Positions 8,879 to 19,841 of a DNA stretch of 64,000 nucleotides are shown piece after piece. The stretch covers positions 11,185-75,184 of the forward strand of contig CAVOQT010000009.1 in the NCBI GenBank assembly GCA_963698405.1. The letters are read 5' to 3'. Under the pieces are notes generated by a model. That model saw nothing but the letters and a program-made list of their open reading frames with translations. It ran no database searches and had not been told where the DNA came from. Within the stretch, counting starts at the first letter, position 1, and each line of letters opens with the position of its first letter. A program made the translations under genes and the position numbers. The DNA comes from an uncultured Gammaproteobacteria bacterium (GTDB lineage: Bacteria; Pseudomonadota; Gammaproteobacteria; Steroidobacterales; GCA-2729495).

Positions 8879-9331
8879 TCAGTAGGAAGCGAGCGGCTCG
8901 CGGGACAGGCGCGTGCGTTGTGTCGCTGCACCACCATCCCTGCCGTAGAGATCCATGCCGGGCTGACCGCCACGCAGTATATTCAGCGCACCTTCGATCC
9001 GCCGGCGCTGCCCGCGAATCATCAGGCCATTGGCTTCATTCTGCTGACGGCATTCAGTCGCCAGCTCACGCAACTGTTCAAGAGCGGCTGCCACACCAGC
9101 CGAGCGTATATCCGGATTTTCCTGCAGCAGTGTCTGACGCTGCTGCCCGAGAACCGCAGCACGCGCAACCGCTTCCGCCTTGGCATTACTGACAGCCAGC
9201 AGGATACTGGCGTCACGCTCAAGCAGTGCGGCACTTTCGCGACCGAGGGTATCCAGTACGCTGCGGACAGCGGCCACTTCCCTGGCCACAATTTCGTGCA
9301 GACGGACAAGCAGGGAGGTCTGGTCGAGCAT
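8879..9331 (-). CDS. flgN: flagellar export chaperone FlgN
   Basis: 150 aa helical protein directly downstream of flgM (5-nt gap). FlgN-like LLERDASILLAVSNAKAEAV...ECRQQNEANGLMI. Confidence 0.8.
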   Translation of the reverse strand: MLDQTSLLVRLHEIVAREVAAVRSVLDTLGRESAALLERDASILLAVSNAKAEAVARAAVLGQQRQTLLQENPDIRSAGVAAALEQLRELATECRQQNEANGLMIRGQRRRIEGALNILRGGQPGMDLYGRDGGAATQRTRLSREPLASY

Positions 9332-9336
9332 GGTAT

Positions 9337-9645
9337 TCAGCCCAGCTCGCGTTCAAAACGCAGCAGACGGTCGGCGATACGGTTGGCATCCACCTTGTAG
9401 GCACCCGCCTCTACGCGCTGGCGGACAGCTTCCACCCGGGCACGGTCGACGTCCGGAATACTGCCGAGCCGCGACTCGATCTGCTTGAGGCTGGTTGCCG
9501 TGGAAGTCAGCCGTACGGCGTCATCACCGGAGGCCGGCTCAGAGCTGCGGCTCTGCCGGGCCTGTTCGCCCCGTTCGATGGTCCGCAAGCGGGTCGACGT
9601 TATGTCTACTCCGCTTCGGCCGTAACCGTTGATCTTGTCCGCCAT
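9337..9645 (-). CDS. flgM: anti-sigma-28 factor FlgM
   Basis: MADKINGYG...VRLTSTATSLKQIESRLGSIPDVDRARVEAVRQRVEAGAYKVDANRIADRLLRFE is the canonical FlgM C-terminus. AGGAGA SD 7 nt before the ATG at 9645. Confidence 0.85.
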   Translation of the reverse strand: MADKINGYGRSGVDITSTRLRTIERGEQARQSRSSEPASGDDAVRLTSTATSLKQIESRLGSIPDVDRARVEAVRQRVEAGAYKVDANRIADRLLRFERELG

Positions 9646-9681
9646 CCGCAATTCTCCTGAGCGAAATCAGCCCTGCAGCCC

Positions 9682-9709
9682 TTATCGGCACAGCTGCCGT
9701 AAAACTTTA
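9682..9709 (-). promoter_or_regulatory. sigma-28 (FliA) promoter for flgMN
   Basis: Minus strand reads TAAAGTTT-N12-GCCGATAA, against the enterobacterial consensus TAAAGTTT-N11-GCCGATAA. It lies between the flgA stop and the flgM start. Confidence 0.65.
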
Positions 9710-9727
9710 GGGCTGCGCATACATCTA

Positions 9728-10471
9728 TTAACGCAACACGACCTCAACCGTCCGCTCGGACCGGACGACCGCCTGTACGGTCTTCCCGGACGAGCCATTC
9801 CGGACCTCGATCAACTGCCCAAGCGCCCCGTCGGATTTGGCCACTCCGGCAATACGGACCGCAAAACCGCTGGACAGTGCCTCGATCATTACCTGCTGGC
9901 CGCGCCGTACTATAAGTGGTGCATCGAGCAACCCCGCACTGACCGGCGCACCCGCTTCCAGGGGCCGGCGCAGCCGTTGTCCAATCACTTCTGCCGGATC
10001 AGCAACCGTTCCATAACCGGAGACACCAGGGCCAAGCTTCGCCAAGCGAACGTCAGCCGGCGCCAATATCGTGTCACGCGTCAAGGTCCTGGCGGCAACC
10101 ACCACCGGTCTGGTCACTGCAATCTGTACCGGCAGATACAGGCGCCAGGGCTGATTGCCACTGCAGCTCACTTCAACAGTCAGGCGACCGGCAAGTCGCG
10201 TGGCGGCAGGCAGCACCGCATTCAACGGTTCCGTACAACGCGGCAACTGCAGGCGAGAATCAGGCGAATCAGCCACTACTTCAACGGGTCCAGCCGTGCC
10301 AGCGGCGGCGCGGCGCACCGCTTCAGCCGCCGCTTCACGGATCTCGGCATGTGCCTGCCAGAGGCCGGTTTCCGGATCGGCATGCAGTGACAGCGACAAC
10401 ATCAGCGCCAGCATGCAAAGCAGGCCACGGCAGCTGAAAGACACAGACGGGTTGGTGCGTGAACAGATCAT
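9728..10471 (-). CDS. flgA: flagellar P-ring assembly chaperone FlgA
   Basis: N-terminal signal (LLCMLALMLSLSLHA), a SAF-like C-terminal domain (...GQQVMIEALSSGFAVRIAGVAKSDGALGQLIEVRN...), and a position divergent from flgB. Confidence 0.85.
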   Translation of the reverse strand: MICSRTNPSVSFSCRGLLCMLALMLSLSLHADPETGLWQAHAEIREAAAEAVRRAAAGTAGPVEVVADSPDSRLQLPRCTEPLNAVLPAATRLAGRLTVEVSCSGNQPWRLYLPVQIAVTRPVVVAARTLTRDTILAPADVRLAKLGPGVSGYGTVADPAEVIGQRLRRPLEAGAPVSAGLLDAPLIVRRGQQVMIEALSSGFAVRIAGVAKSDGALGQLIEVRNGSSGKTVQAVVRSERTVEVVLR

Positions 10472-10610
10472 GGCCTGTGTTTTGCAAGAAGCGTGCCGCC
10501 CGGCTCACATATACATCAGCCAAGCGCGACGGCAACAGTTTGCCGCTGATCCGGCTAGCGCTTGCCACAAGGCTGTGTCACGTCTCTCCTGCCGGACTCC
10601 CTGCCAATGC

Positions 10611-10625
10611 TGGCACGTCGCTTGC
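10611..10625 (+). promoter_or_regulatory. sigma-54 promoter of flgB operon
   Basis: TGGCACgtcgcTTGCA, with GG (10612-13) to GC (10624-25) at the canonical 12-nt register, 35 nt upstream of the flgB ATG. Confidence 0.75.
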
Positions 10626-10659
10626 ATAGACCTTTGCAACTGACAGCGGGGAGAACCGC

Positions 10660-11064
10660 ATGGCTCTGAATATGTACACAAACCTCGACGTGCACGCCAA
10701 GGCGCTAAACGTCAGCAACCAGCGCCTGGAAGTGCTTGCCGACAATGTGGCGAATGCCGATACGCCAGGCTACAAGGCACGCGATATCGACTTTCGCTCT
10801 GCGATGCAGAGCGCCGGCAATGGTGGCGACCTCGGCCTCAGCACTACCACCAGCGGACATGTGCAGCTGCATGGCGCTGGCGGTCCAAACACCGCGACAC
10901 CGATGTACCGGGTACCTGACCAACCCTCGCTCGATGGCAACACCGTGGATTCCCAGCGGGAAAACGCCGCCATTGCCGAGACCTCGGTGCGCTACCAGGC
11001 GAGTCTCACCTTCCTGTCGGCGCAGATCCGCGGCCTGCGCGACGCCATCACCGGAGGACGCTGA
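10660..11064 (+). CDS. flgB: flagellar proximal rod protein FlgB
   Basis: 134 aa with the rod-family signature LADNVANADTPGYKARD. Confidence 0.9.
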   Translation: MALNMYTNLDVHAKALNVSNQRLEVLADNVANADTPGYKARDIDFRSAMQSAGNGGDLGLSTTTSGHVQLHGAGGPNTATPMYRVPDQPSLDGNTVDSQRENAAIAETSVRYQASLTFLSAQIRGLRDAITGGR

Positions 11065-11066
11065 TC

Positions 11067-11486
11067 ATGGGTATGTTCCGAATCTTTGATATTTCCGGCT
11101 CGGCAATGAGCGCCCAGTCCGTACGCCTGAATACCACTGCCAGCAATCTGGCGAACGCCAACACGGTGGCCAGTTCGCCAGATGCAGCCTACCGCTCACG
11201 CCAGCCGGTATTCCAGACAGTCATGAACAACAGCGCTGGCGCCAGCACACCCGAAAGTGCCGGCGTGCGCGTGGCCGGCGTCGTCGAAACCAGTGCAGAG
11301 CCGAGCAAACTTCATGACCCTGGCAATCCGATGGCCGACAAGGATGGCTACATCTATATGTCGAACGTCAATCCGGTCGATGAGCTCGTCAACATGATTT
11401 CTGCCTCGCGCTCCTACCAGAGCAACGTCGAGGTGCTGAACACATCGAAGGAACTGCTGATGCGCACCCTGAGCATCGGCCAGTAA
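11067..11486 (+). CDS. flgC: flagellar proximal rod protein FlgC
   Basis: 139 aa: SAMSAQSVRLNTTASNLANANT... and C-terminal SRSYQSNVEVLNTSKELLMRTLSIGQ. Confidence 0.9.
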   Translation: MGMFRIFDISGSAMSAQSVRLNTTASNLANANTVASSPDAAYRSRQPVFQTVMNNSAGASTPESAGVRVAGVVETSAEPSKLHDPGNPMADKDGYIYMSNVNPVDELVNMISASRSYQSNVEVLNTSKELLMRTLSIGQ

Positions 11487-11520
11487 GCATGTCATTCATC
11501 ATTAAAGGAGCAAACGGACA

Positions 11521-12195
11521 ATGACCGGAATCAGCGGCACAAACTCCGTACTGGCCAGCCTGCAAACATCGCCGACCACGACACGGAAGGATTCCAAGAG
11601 TCTTGGCCAGGAGGATTTTCTGGCCCTGATGATCACGCAGCTGCAGAGCCAGGATCCGCTGAAGCCCATGGAGAACGGCGAATTCATTGGCCAGATGGCA
11701 CAGTTCAGCACCGTCACGGGCATCGCCGAGATGACCGAGTCGGTCAGCAGCCTGACCGAGGCCTACAACTCCGGTCAGGCCCTGCAGGCCGCCTCGATGG
11801 TCGGCCGCACGATCCTTACCGAAGACAACTCAGCCTTGCTGGCGCCCGGCAAACCGCTGACCGGTGCCGTCGAACTGCCCTATGCAACAACGGCCGCAAA
11901 GGTCCGCATCTACAGTGACTCGGGTCAGCTCGTACGCGAACTGCCGCTCGGCGCGCAGGATGCCGGACTCAGCAACTTCAGCTGGGACGGCGCACTGGCC
12001 AACGGCCAGACCGCACCGGCCGGCCGCTACTCCATGAGTGCCGCCATAGAAAACCGCGACGAGAGTACAGCACTGGCTACCTATGTAGCTTCAAAGGTTT
12101 CGAGCGTAACGCTGTCCGGCAATGGCAGCGGCACACAACTGCGCACCGATACCGGTGCAAGCGTCGGCCTGACGCAAATCAAGGCCGTGATGTAG
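11521..12195 (+). CDS. flgD: flagellar hook cap/scaffold FlgD
   Basis: 224 aa with the FlgD N-motif LGQEDFLALMITQLQSQDPLKPM. Confidence 0.9.
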   Translation: MTGISGTNSVLASLQTSPTTTRKDSKSLGQEDFLALMITQLQSQDPLKPMENGEFIGQMAQFSTVTGIAEMTESVSSLTEAYNSGQALQAASMVGRTILTEDNSALLAPGKPLTGAVELPYATTAAKVRIYSDSGQLVRELPLGAQDAGLSNFSWDGALANGQTAPAGRYSMSAAIENRDESTALATYVASKVSSVTLSGNGSGTQLRTDTGASVGLTQIKAVM

Positions 12196-12245
12196 GGGCG
12201 ATTCCCGCCCGTATCCACACCAGATATTCTGAACGGAGATAGAAC

Positions 12246-13445
12246 ATGTCATTCCAGGTAGCACTCAGCGGTCTCAATGCAGCGTCCACCGATCTGCAGA
12301 TCACGTCGAACAACATCGCCAACGCCAACACCAACGGCTTCAAGACCTCGCGCGGCGAATTCGCCGACGTGTACTCCGGCGATGCGGTCGGCATCGGCAA
12401 CGGTGTGCGTCTGAGCGATGTCCGGCAGGAGTTCACCCAGGGCAACGTCGAGATCACCTCGCGTCAGCTTGATCTGGCCATCAGCGGCAACGGCTTCTTC
12501 ATCACCAATGACAACGGCAGTCTGTTGTATTCACGGGTTGGTGCTTTCGGCCTCGACGCCACCGGTATCGTGCAGAACTCCGAGGGCGAACGCTTGCAGG
12601 TCTATCCGCCGGTCGAGGGTACGGCCGGCTTCAACACCGGCGCGCTGTCCGATCTGCAGATCACTACGGACACATCACCGCCGGTAGCCAGCACACAGGT
12701 CGACATGAGCATCAACCTGCCGGCCAATGCCACCGTTCCGGCCGTCACGCCATTCGACCCGAACGACCCGCTGTCATACAACCACAGCACCTCGACGATC
12801 CTGTTCGACTCACTCGGCGTTTCACATACGGCCAGCTATTTCTTCTCCAAGACCGCTCCCGGCTGGAGCGTCAACATGACCTTTGACGGTACAGCAGTGG
12901 GTGCCGCGCAGCCGTTCACCTTCGACTCGACTGGTGCAATCGCAACTCCGGTGGGCGGCAACATCGCCTTCCCGGCTGCAACACCGACCAATGGTGCGGA
13001 TCCGTTGACCGTCGGCCTGGCCCTCGGCAACACCACACAGTATGGCGCTGACTTCACCGTCAACAGCCTGAACCCGGATGGCCAGGCAGCCGGCCGATTG
13101 AGGGGCATCGAAGTCAGTCAGACTGGCGTGGTCTTCGCGCGCTTCTCCAATGGCGTGTCTGCGGCACTTGGCAAGGTCGCGCTGGCGAACTTCTCCAACC
13201 CTGAAGGCCTGCAGAAGATCAGTGACACCTCATTTCAGGAAACCTTCGCCTCCGGTGTGGCACAGCGTGGCGAGGCCACCGAGTCGAACTTCGGACTGCT
13301 GCAGTCCGGTGCACTGGAAGCCTCGAACGTTGACCTTACCGAACAGCTGGTCCGGCTGATTACCGCACAGCGGCTGTTCCAGGCCAACGCACAGGTGATC
13401 TCCACCGAAGATTCGGTGACACAGACCATCATCAACATCCGTTAA
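12246..13445 (+). CDS. flgE: flagellar hook protein FlgE
   Basis: 399 aa: MSFQVALSGLNAASTDLQITSNNIANANTNGFK and C-terminal LITAQRLFQANAQVISTEDSVTQTIINIR. Confidence 0.9.
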   Translation: MSFQVALSGLNAASTDLQITSNNIANANTNGFKTSRGEFADVYSGDAVGIGNGVRLSDVRQEFTQGNVEITSRQLDLAISGNGFFITNDNGSLLYSRVGAFGLDATGIVQNSEGERLQVYPPVEGTAGFNTGALSDLQITTDTSPPVASTQVDMSINLPANATVPAVTPFDPNDPLSYNHSTSTILFDSLGVSHTASYFFSKTAPGWSVNMTFDGTAVGAAQPFTFDSTGAIATPVGGNIAFPAATPTNGADPLTVGLALGNTTQYGADFTVNSLNPDGQAAGRLRGIEVSQTGVVFARFSNGVSAALGKVALANFSNPEGLQKISDTSFQETFASGVAQRGEATESNFGLLQSGALEASNVDLTEQLVRLITAQRLFQANAQVISTEDSVTQTIINIR

Positions 13446-13456
13446 GCAGATAGCTC

Positions 13457-14200
13457 ATGGATAGAATGATTTATGTGGCGATGTCGGCGGCCCGTGAAGC
13501 ACAGCGGGCCCAGACCGTCACCAGCCACAACATCGCGAACATCTCGACGAACGGGTTTCGCGCCATACACAGCGCCCTGGACAGCGCACCGATCCCCGGC
13601 CAGGGACTGCCCTCGCGCGTAAACACCGTGACGATGCCGGAAGTCTGGAGCGCAACCCAGGGCGCAAGTCTCGCCACGGGTCGCGATCTCGACGTGGCGA
13701 TTCAGGGTGAGGGCTGGCTGACCGTACAGGGACCGGACGGGCAAGAAGCCTACACACGCGCCGGCAATCTGCGCATCAATCCGAACGGACTGCTGGAAAA
13801 CGCCAACGGCCGGCTGGTGCTCGGCAACGGCGGTCCGATCAGCCTGCCGCCGTTCGAGCAGATCTTTCTCGGCGACGACGGACAGATCTCGATCATTCCG
13901 CAGGGCCAGACCGCTGAGTCACTGGCACAGGTGGACCGGCTCCGGCTGGTCAATCCACCTGCCGAATCCCTGGTACGCAGCGGCGATGCAATGTTCAGAC
14001 TGCGCGACGGCAGCCGGGCAACTACTGACTCGACCGTACGCATCGCCAGCGGCCAACTCGAACAGAGCAACGTGAATCCGGCCGGGGCACTTGCCGACAT
14101 GATCGAGATGTCACGACATTACGAGATGACGATTCGCGCGATGAACACCGCCGAAGAAACCGATAGCGCAAGCACGCGGCTGATCCGGCTGAACGGCTAG
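13457..14200 (+). CDS. flgF: flagellar rod protein FlgF
   Basis: 247 aa: MDRMIYVAMSAAREAQRAQTVTSHNIANISTNGFRA. Confidence 0.9.
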   Translation: MDRMIYVAMSAAREAQRAQTVTSHNIANISTNGFRAIHSALDSAPIPGQGLPSRVNTVTMPEVWSATQGASLATGRDLDVAIQGEGWLTVQGPDGQEAYTRAGNLRINPNGLLENANGRLVLGNGGPISLPPFEQIFLGDDGQISIIPQGQTAESLAQVDRLRLVNPPAESLVRSGDAMFRLRDGSRATTDSTVRIASGQLEQSNVNPAGALADMIEMSRHYEMTIRAMNTAEETDSASTRLIRLNG

Positions 14201-14231
14201 CAATATTCTGTAGTTTTTTGGAGTAGCTGAT

Positions 14232-15014
14232 ATGGAATCACTTTGGGTTGCCAAGACCGGACTGGATGCGCAGCAGACGCGCATGACGGTGGTCTCCAAC
14301 AATCTGGCCAACGTGAACACGAATGGCTTCAAACGCGGCCGGGCGGTATTCGAGGATCTGCTCTACCAGAATATTTCCCAGGTCGGCGGCGCCACTTCGC
14401 AGAACACCGAAAGCCCGACCGGACTCAGTCTCGGCACCGGCGTCCGCGTGGTCGCGACGGAAAAGAATTTTTCCCAGGGCTCGGCCCTGACCACCGGCAA
14501 CACGCTCGATGTGATGATCCAGGGTCGCGGCTTTCTGCAGGTACTGCAGCCTGATGGCAGCCTGGGCTACACACGCGACGGATCATTCAAGGTCGACTCC
14601 GATGGCCGACTGGTAACCGCCAGCGGTTACGAAATCCAGCCGTCGATCACCATCCCCAGCGATGCGCAGGCACTAACGATCGGACTGGATGGCGTCGTGC
14701 AGGCGATGCTGCCAGGGCAGACCCAGCCGACCAGCCTCGGCACCCTGCAGCTTGCCGATTTCATCAATGCACCGGGCCTGCAGGCCAAGGGTCAGAACCT
14801 GTACCTCGAAACAGCAGCCAGCGGCTCACCGCAGGTCTCGGACCCCGGTCAGCAAGGTGTCGGCACGCTCATACAAGGCTCACTGGAAACCTCGAACGTA
14901 AACGTAGTTGAGGAACTGGTGAGCATGATCGAAACACAGCGCGCCTATGAGATGAACTCCAAGGCCGTCTCGACCAGCGACCAGATGCTTCAGTACCTGA
15001 ACAACAACCTGTAA
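14232..15014 (+). CDS. flgG: flagellar distal rod protein FlgG
   Basis: 260 aa: [32 protein letters not shown] and [29 protein letters not shown]. Confidence 0.92.
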   Translation: MESLWVAKTGLDAQQTRMTVVSNNLANVNTNGFKRGRAVFEDLLYQNISQVGGATSQNTESPTGLSLGTGVRVVATEKNFSQGSALTTGNTLDVMIQGRGFLQVLQPDGSLGYTRDGSFKVDSDGRLVTASGYEIQPSITIPSDAQALTIGLDGVVQAMLPGQTQPTSLGTLQLADFINAPGLQAKGQNLYLETAASGSPQVSDPGQQGVGTLIQGSLETSNVNVVEELVSMIETQRAYEMNSKAVSTSDQMLQYLNNNL

Positions 15015-15031
15015 CCCGACAAGGCCGCATC

Positions 15032-15715
15032 ATGAATATCTGTCGATCGATCATCACTGCAGGCATGGCCATGGTGCTGACAGGCCTCGCTGCCTGCGCC
15101 GGCATCAGCGGCCCGCCACATGCAGATTACCGGCCGACAATGCCACCACAGCCGGTACTGCCACCGGCAACCAGCGGCGCCATCTATCAGCCTGCACGCG
15201 GGCTGTCGCTGTTCGAAGACGTAAAGGCACGCCGCGTTGGCGACACAGTGACTATCCGCCTGGCAGAAAAAACACAGGCATCCAAGAGCGCCAGCTCTGA
15301 TGCCAGCAAGGAAAGCTCTGTAGACACCGGAATACCGGTGATCGGTGGCACCACGATCACCCGCAACGGCAAGGAATTGCTGAACAGCGAGTGGGAAACT
15401 GAACAGGACTTCTCCGGCAAGGGCAGCAGCAGCCAGAGCAACAGCCTGAGCGGCAACATCACGGTAACCGTCGCCGAGGTCTATCCGAACGGCAACCTTT
15501 TTGTACGTGGCGAGAAGTGGCTGACCCTCAATCAGGGCGAGGAATTCGTGCAGATCAGCGGCATCGTGCGCCCGGTCGACATCGGCTCTGACAACTCGGT
15601 GGACTCCTACAAGGTTGCCGATGCGCGCATCACTTACAGCGGCCAGGGCACCCTCGCCGATGCCAACCGTCCGGGTCTGCTGACCCGCTTCTTCCTCAAA
15701 CTGTGGCCGCTCTGA
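15032..15715 (+). CDS. flgH: flagellar L-ring lipoprotein FlgH
   Basis: 227 aa with lipobox LTGLAAC and [41 protein letters not shown]. Confidence 0.9.
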   Translation: MNICRSIITAGMAMVLTGLAACAGISGPPHADYRPTMPPQPVLPPATSGAIYQPARGLSLFEDVKARRVGDTVTIRLAEKTQASKSASSDASKESSVDTGIPVIGGTTITRNGKELLNSEWETEQDFSGKGSSSQSNSLSGNITVTVAEVYPNGNLFVRGEKWLTLNQGEEFVQISGIVRPVDIGSDNSVDSYKVADARITYSGQGTLADANRPGLLTRFFLKLWPL

Positions 15716-15738
15716 GCGACCGCCAGGTATTGCACCTC

Positions 15739-16879
15739 ATGGACAAGCAACGCGAACAGATTCGCCGGCACACGCTCTTCCTGCTGCTCGGGGCGGTACT
15801 CATGCTCATCCTGCAGACCGGTCCCGCACATGCGGAGCGGATCAAGGATCTCGCCACAGTTGGCGGCGTGCGCGACAACCAGTTGGTGGGCTACGGACTG
15901 GTGGTCGGCCTGGATGGCACCGGCGACCAGACCACGCAGGCGCCTTTCACCACGCAGAGTCTTATCAGCATGTTGGAGCGACTGGGTGTGACGATTCCGG
16001 CCGGCACCAATCTGCAGCTGAAAAATATCGCTGCGGTGGTCGTACACGCCAGTTTGCCGCCGTTCTGCCAAGACGGGCCAGACGGTTGACGTCACTGCCT
16101 CATCCATTGCCAATGCCAAGAGCCTGCGTGGCGGCACCCTGCTCATCACGCCGCTCAAGGGTCTGGATGGACAGGTCTACGCCATCGCCCAGGGCAATCT
16201 CGCGGTTGGCGGACTCGGTGTGTCCGGCGAAGACGGTTCCAAGGTCTCGATCAACGTACCGAGCGTTGGCCGCATCCCGAATGGGGCTACCGTGGAACGT
16301 GAAGTCCCCACGATCCTCGGCGACACCGAAATGCTCACGCTGAATCTGCGCCAGCCGGATTTCACCACCTCGATCCGGCTTGCCGACAGCATCAATGCAC
16401 TGCTCGGCGCCGGCGTCGCGATTGCACACGATCCGATGTCCGTTCGCGTCCGGGCGCCGGAAACCCAGGCCGCGCGCATCGGCCTGATCTCGACCATCGA
16501 AAACCTTGAAGTCACGCCAGCCGATGCTGCAGCCCGCGTGATCGTCAACTCACGCACCGGCACCGTGGTCATCAACGCCAGCGTCAGGGTATCGCCTGCT
16601 GCCGTCTCGCATGGCTCGCTGATGGTATCGATCACCGAAGACTTCGATGTCAGTCAGCCACAACCCTTTGCGGAAAACGGCGAAACTGTGGTCACGCCGA
16701 GCTCGAACATCAACGTGAGCCAGGGCGAGAACCGCATGTTCGTGTTCAAGCCCGGCGTCGAGCTCAACGATATCGTCCAGGCCGTCAACCAGGTGGGTGC
16801 TGCACCCGGCGATCTGGTGGCAATTCTCGAAGCACTGCGCTCAGCTGGCGCACTGCATGCCGAACTGATCGTGATCTGA
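15739..16879 (+). pseudogene. flgI: flagellar P-ring protein FlgI, interrupted by an apparent 1-nt insertion near 16066
   Basis: Frame 1 reads signal peptide...[31 protein letters not shown]...[14 protein letters not shown], with the stop at 16087-89. Frame 2 from 16067 reads [49 protein letters not shown]... through to 16879, which is the canonical FlgI continuation. Local context is ccg ttc T gcc aag. This could be an assembly error. Confidence 0.85.
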
Positions 16880-16880
16880 C

Positions 16881-17886
16881 ATGACGGCCAACATCAGCAG
16901 CATCAACGACTTTCAGGGGCTGGCGCAACTGCGTCACGATGCCTCTGCACGCTCACCGGAAGCAGCGCGCGAAGCGGCCCGGCAGTTTGAAGCACTGTTC
17001 GTGCAGATGATGTTGAAGAGCATGCGTGACGCCAACGCCGTGCTTGGCGAGTCGGGCACAGATACGACCTATCAGGAAATGTTCGACCAGCAGATCTCCA
17101 TGGAGATGACCCGCGGCAGAGGCCTCGGCATCGCTGACATGATGGCCCGCCAGCTCGGCATCACACCGCAGCAGCCGGCCACAACTGCGGCCTCTTCCCT
17201 CGAAACCTCCATTCCGGCACTGCTGAGCCGTATTCCGGCCCTGCGCAGCGGCGCTGCTCCGACATTTGGCGAACTCCAGACACCGGGCTTCAGCGAATTG
17301 CCGGCACCTGACGCTCTGGCACCCGAGCTGTCTGCGACTCAGCGCGGTCAGCAGCGGTCCTCGCGCTGATTTCCGCCCTGCCGATCGCGAGGAGTTCGTA
17401 CGTGAAATATGGCCGCTGGCCGTCGCTGCCGGCCGCCAACTCGGCGTGGAACCACGCGCCATTGTCGCGCAAGCGGCGCTGGAAACCGGCTGGGGTAGCC
17501 GCCTGATCCGTGACGATGCCGGCATCAGCGGCAACAACCTGTTCGGCATCAAGGCCGATGCACGCTGGAACGGCGAGCGCGTGAGCGTAGCTACCCTTGA
17601 GTACGAAGGCGGTTTACCAAAACCCCAGCGGGCAAGTTTTCGTGCCTATCCGGATCTCGCCGCGGGCTTTGAGGATTATGTCCGCTTCCTGCGCGACAAC
17701 CCGCGTTACAGCGAAGCCCTGCGCAGCGGCGCAGATGCTGGAGCTTATGCCGACCAGCTGCAGAATTCCGGCTATGCCACCGACCCACGTTATGCAGAAA
17801 AGATCCGCAGCATCATCGCCAGCCCGATCCTCGGTTCGGTCGGCGACAACCTAAAGCCCGGCAATGAACTGCCGAACTATCTATGA
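16881..17886 (+). pseudogene. flgJ: FlgJ (rod-binding domain + glucosaminidase), interrupted by an apparent 1-nt insertion about 17340-17366
   Basis: The N-domain (ARQFEALFVQMMLKSMRDAN...) is in frame 0 and stops at 17367-69. The muramidase domain (ADFRPADREEFVREIWP...AQAALETGWG...NNLFGIK...YATDPRYAEKI) is in frame 1 and has no plausible start codon of its own. Confidence 0.8.
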
Positions 17887-17927
17887 AGCCGCCGTGCAAA
17901 TACACGGTCGCGACCAGGTGATATGAG

Positions 17928-19827
17928 ATGAGTGGAACAATCAGCAATGGACTCTCGGCACTGCTTGCAGCCCAGCGCGCATTGCAGACGACGAGCAACA
18001 ATATCGCCAATGCGAACACCGAGGGCTTCGTTCGCCAGCGCATCGATTTCATCGAGAACCCTGGCGTACCTCTCGGCCGTTATACGGTAGGTGCCGGCGT
18101 TTCAGTCTCGAGCATCTCGAGGGTCTACGACCAGTTCCTGACCGACAACCTGCGCACGGCCAGTTCGCTCGAACAGCGCGCTACTGCCTTCAGCGACTTC
18201 GCCACGCGCATGAACACCATCCTTGGCAACCCCGATACGGGCGTCAATACAGCGGTGCAGCGTTTCTTCAATCAGGTCGAGGCGGTAGGCCGCGACCCGA
18301 CATCTGCCGCCCAGCGCAGCCAGTTGCTGCTGGAAGGCGAGAATCTTGCCGAACGGATGCAACAGATCGACAGCCAGCTGGGCAGCATGAACCGTGAAAT
18401 CAACAGCCGCCTCGGGCAGGCCGTCGGCACCATCAATTCGCTGGCCGGACAGGTTGCCGATCTGAACGGACAGATCATGGCCGCTGGCAGCACAGCCGCG
18501 GCTGACCTGCTCGACCGCCGCGATGTCGTGCTGAAGCAACTCGGCGCCCAGATCAACATCACTGCCACTCGCCAGAATGACGGCAGCGTAAACGTGCTGG
18601 TCGGCAGCGGCCAGTCGCTGGTTCTCGGTGTCGGTGCATCGACCTTGCACACTGTGCCGGACCAGTACGACAGCTCGAAGTTGCAACTGGCGATCAGCAA
18701 TGGCGGCCCGTTGCAGAACATCTCCGGCATGGTCAGCGGCGGTACGGTCGGCGGACTGCTCTCATTCCGCACTGATGTGCTCGAAAGCACGCGCCGCGAT
18801 CTCAACCTGCTGGCTGTCGGCCTGGGTGATGCCTTCAATACCCAGCATCGTCAGGGTGTGGATCTGGCCGGCAACCTGGGTGGGGATTTCTTCTCGATCG
18901 GCACGCCGGTGGTTTCCGGCTCCACCAACAATACGGGAACCGCTACCGGTAGCGCGACAATCACCGATGTCAGCGCACTTGTCGGGCACGATTACGAGTT
19001 GCGTTTCAACGGTTCCACGTGGTCGGCGCTGGATCGCACCACCCAGACTGCTGTTGCAACTACGGGCACGGGCAGCGGGGTCGATCCGCTGCTTTTCGGC
19101 GGGCTTTCCTTCAGCATCAGCGGCAGTGCCGCAGCAGGCGACCGGTTTCTGGTACGTCCACTCGGCCAATGCCGCCGATGACTTCCGTGTCGTATTGACG
19201 GAGCCAGCGAAGATCGCTGCTGCCGCACCGATCACGACACTCAACAACACCGCCAATACCTCTCTGGCAACGGTTTCATCGCCGGTGGTCAGCGACATCA
19301 ACGACCCGAAGCTCAGAACCACTGCAACCATCCGCTTTACTTCGCCAACCACCTATGTGGTTTTCACCGGCGGTGGCGCGGATCAGGTTGGCCCGCTCGC
19401 CTATACCAGCGGCGCCGACATCAGTTTTGCCGGCTGGACCACCCAGGTGCATGGCACGCCAGCGACCGGTGACGAGTTTTTCGTACAGGCTACCGGTGGT
19501 GGCAGCGGCGACAACAGCAATGCGCTGGCACTGGCCGGCGTGTCTCAGCGTGGCTTCTTCGCCAACGGCACCCAGTCCGTCATCGACCTCGGCGCCGATA
19601 TCGTCGCCACAGTCGGCTCGACGGCCAACCGGGCCAGCAACGATGCGCGAATCCAGCAATCACTGCGCGAGCAGAGCGAGGTCGATCTGGAGAACGTGTC
19701 TGGCGTCAACCTCGATGAAGAAGCCGCCAACATGCTGCGCTACCAGGATGCCTATCTGGCTGCCAGCAAGGTGGTCAGCATCGCTGACGGCCTGTTCCAG
19801 AACCTGTTGCAGATCGTCGGTCGCTGA
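17928..19827 (+). pseudogene. flgK: hook-filament junction protein FlgK, interrupted by an apparent 1-nt insertion near 19161
   Basis: Frame 0 runs MSGTISNGLSALLAAQRALQTTSNNIANANTEGF...AAAGDRFLVRP and then LGQCRR*. Frame 1 continues SANAADDFRVVLTEPAKIAAAAP...VNLDEEAANMLRYQDAYLAASKVVSIADGLFQNLLQIVGR, the conserved FlgK C-terminus. Confidence 0.85.
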
Positions 19828-19841
19828 GTGAGGCAGTAGTC

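Noticed and set aside
16086-16343. 85-aa ORF filling the gap between the two flgI fragments.
   Set aside because: It is in the third frame and its translation is Arg/Ser/Pro-rich nonsense. The flgI continuation is clearly the frame of ORF 16220..16879, extended upstream to 16067.
18628-19160. N-terminal 178 aa of listed ORF 18628..19827.
   Set aside because: This part overlaps the genuine flgK frame (17928..19160) and translates to Cys/Trp/Arg-rich sequence. Only the part after about 19161 is real FlgK sequence.
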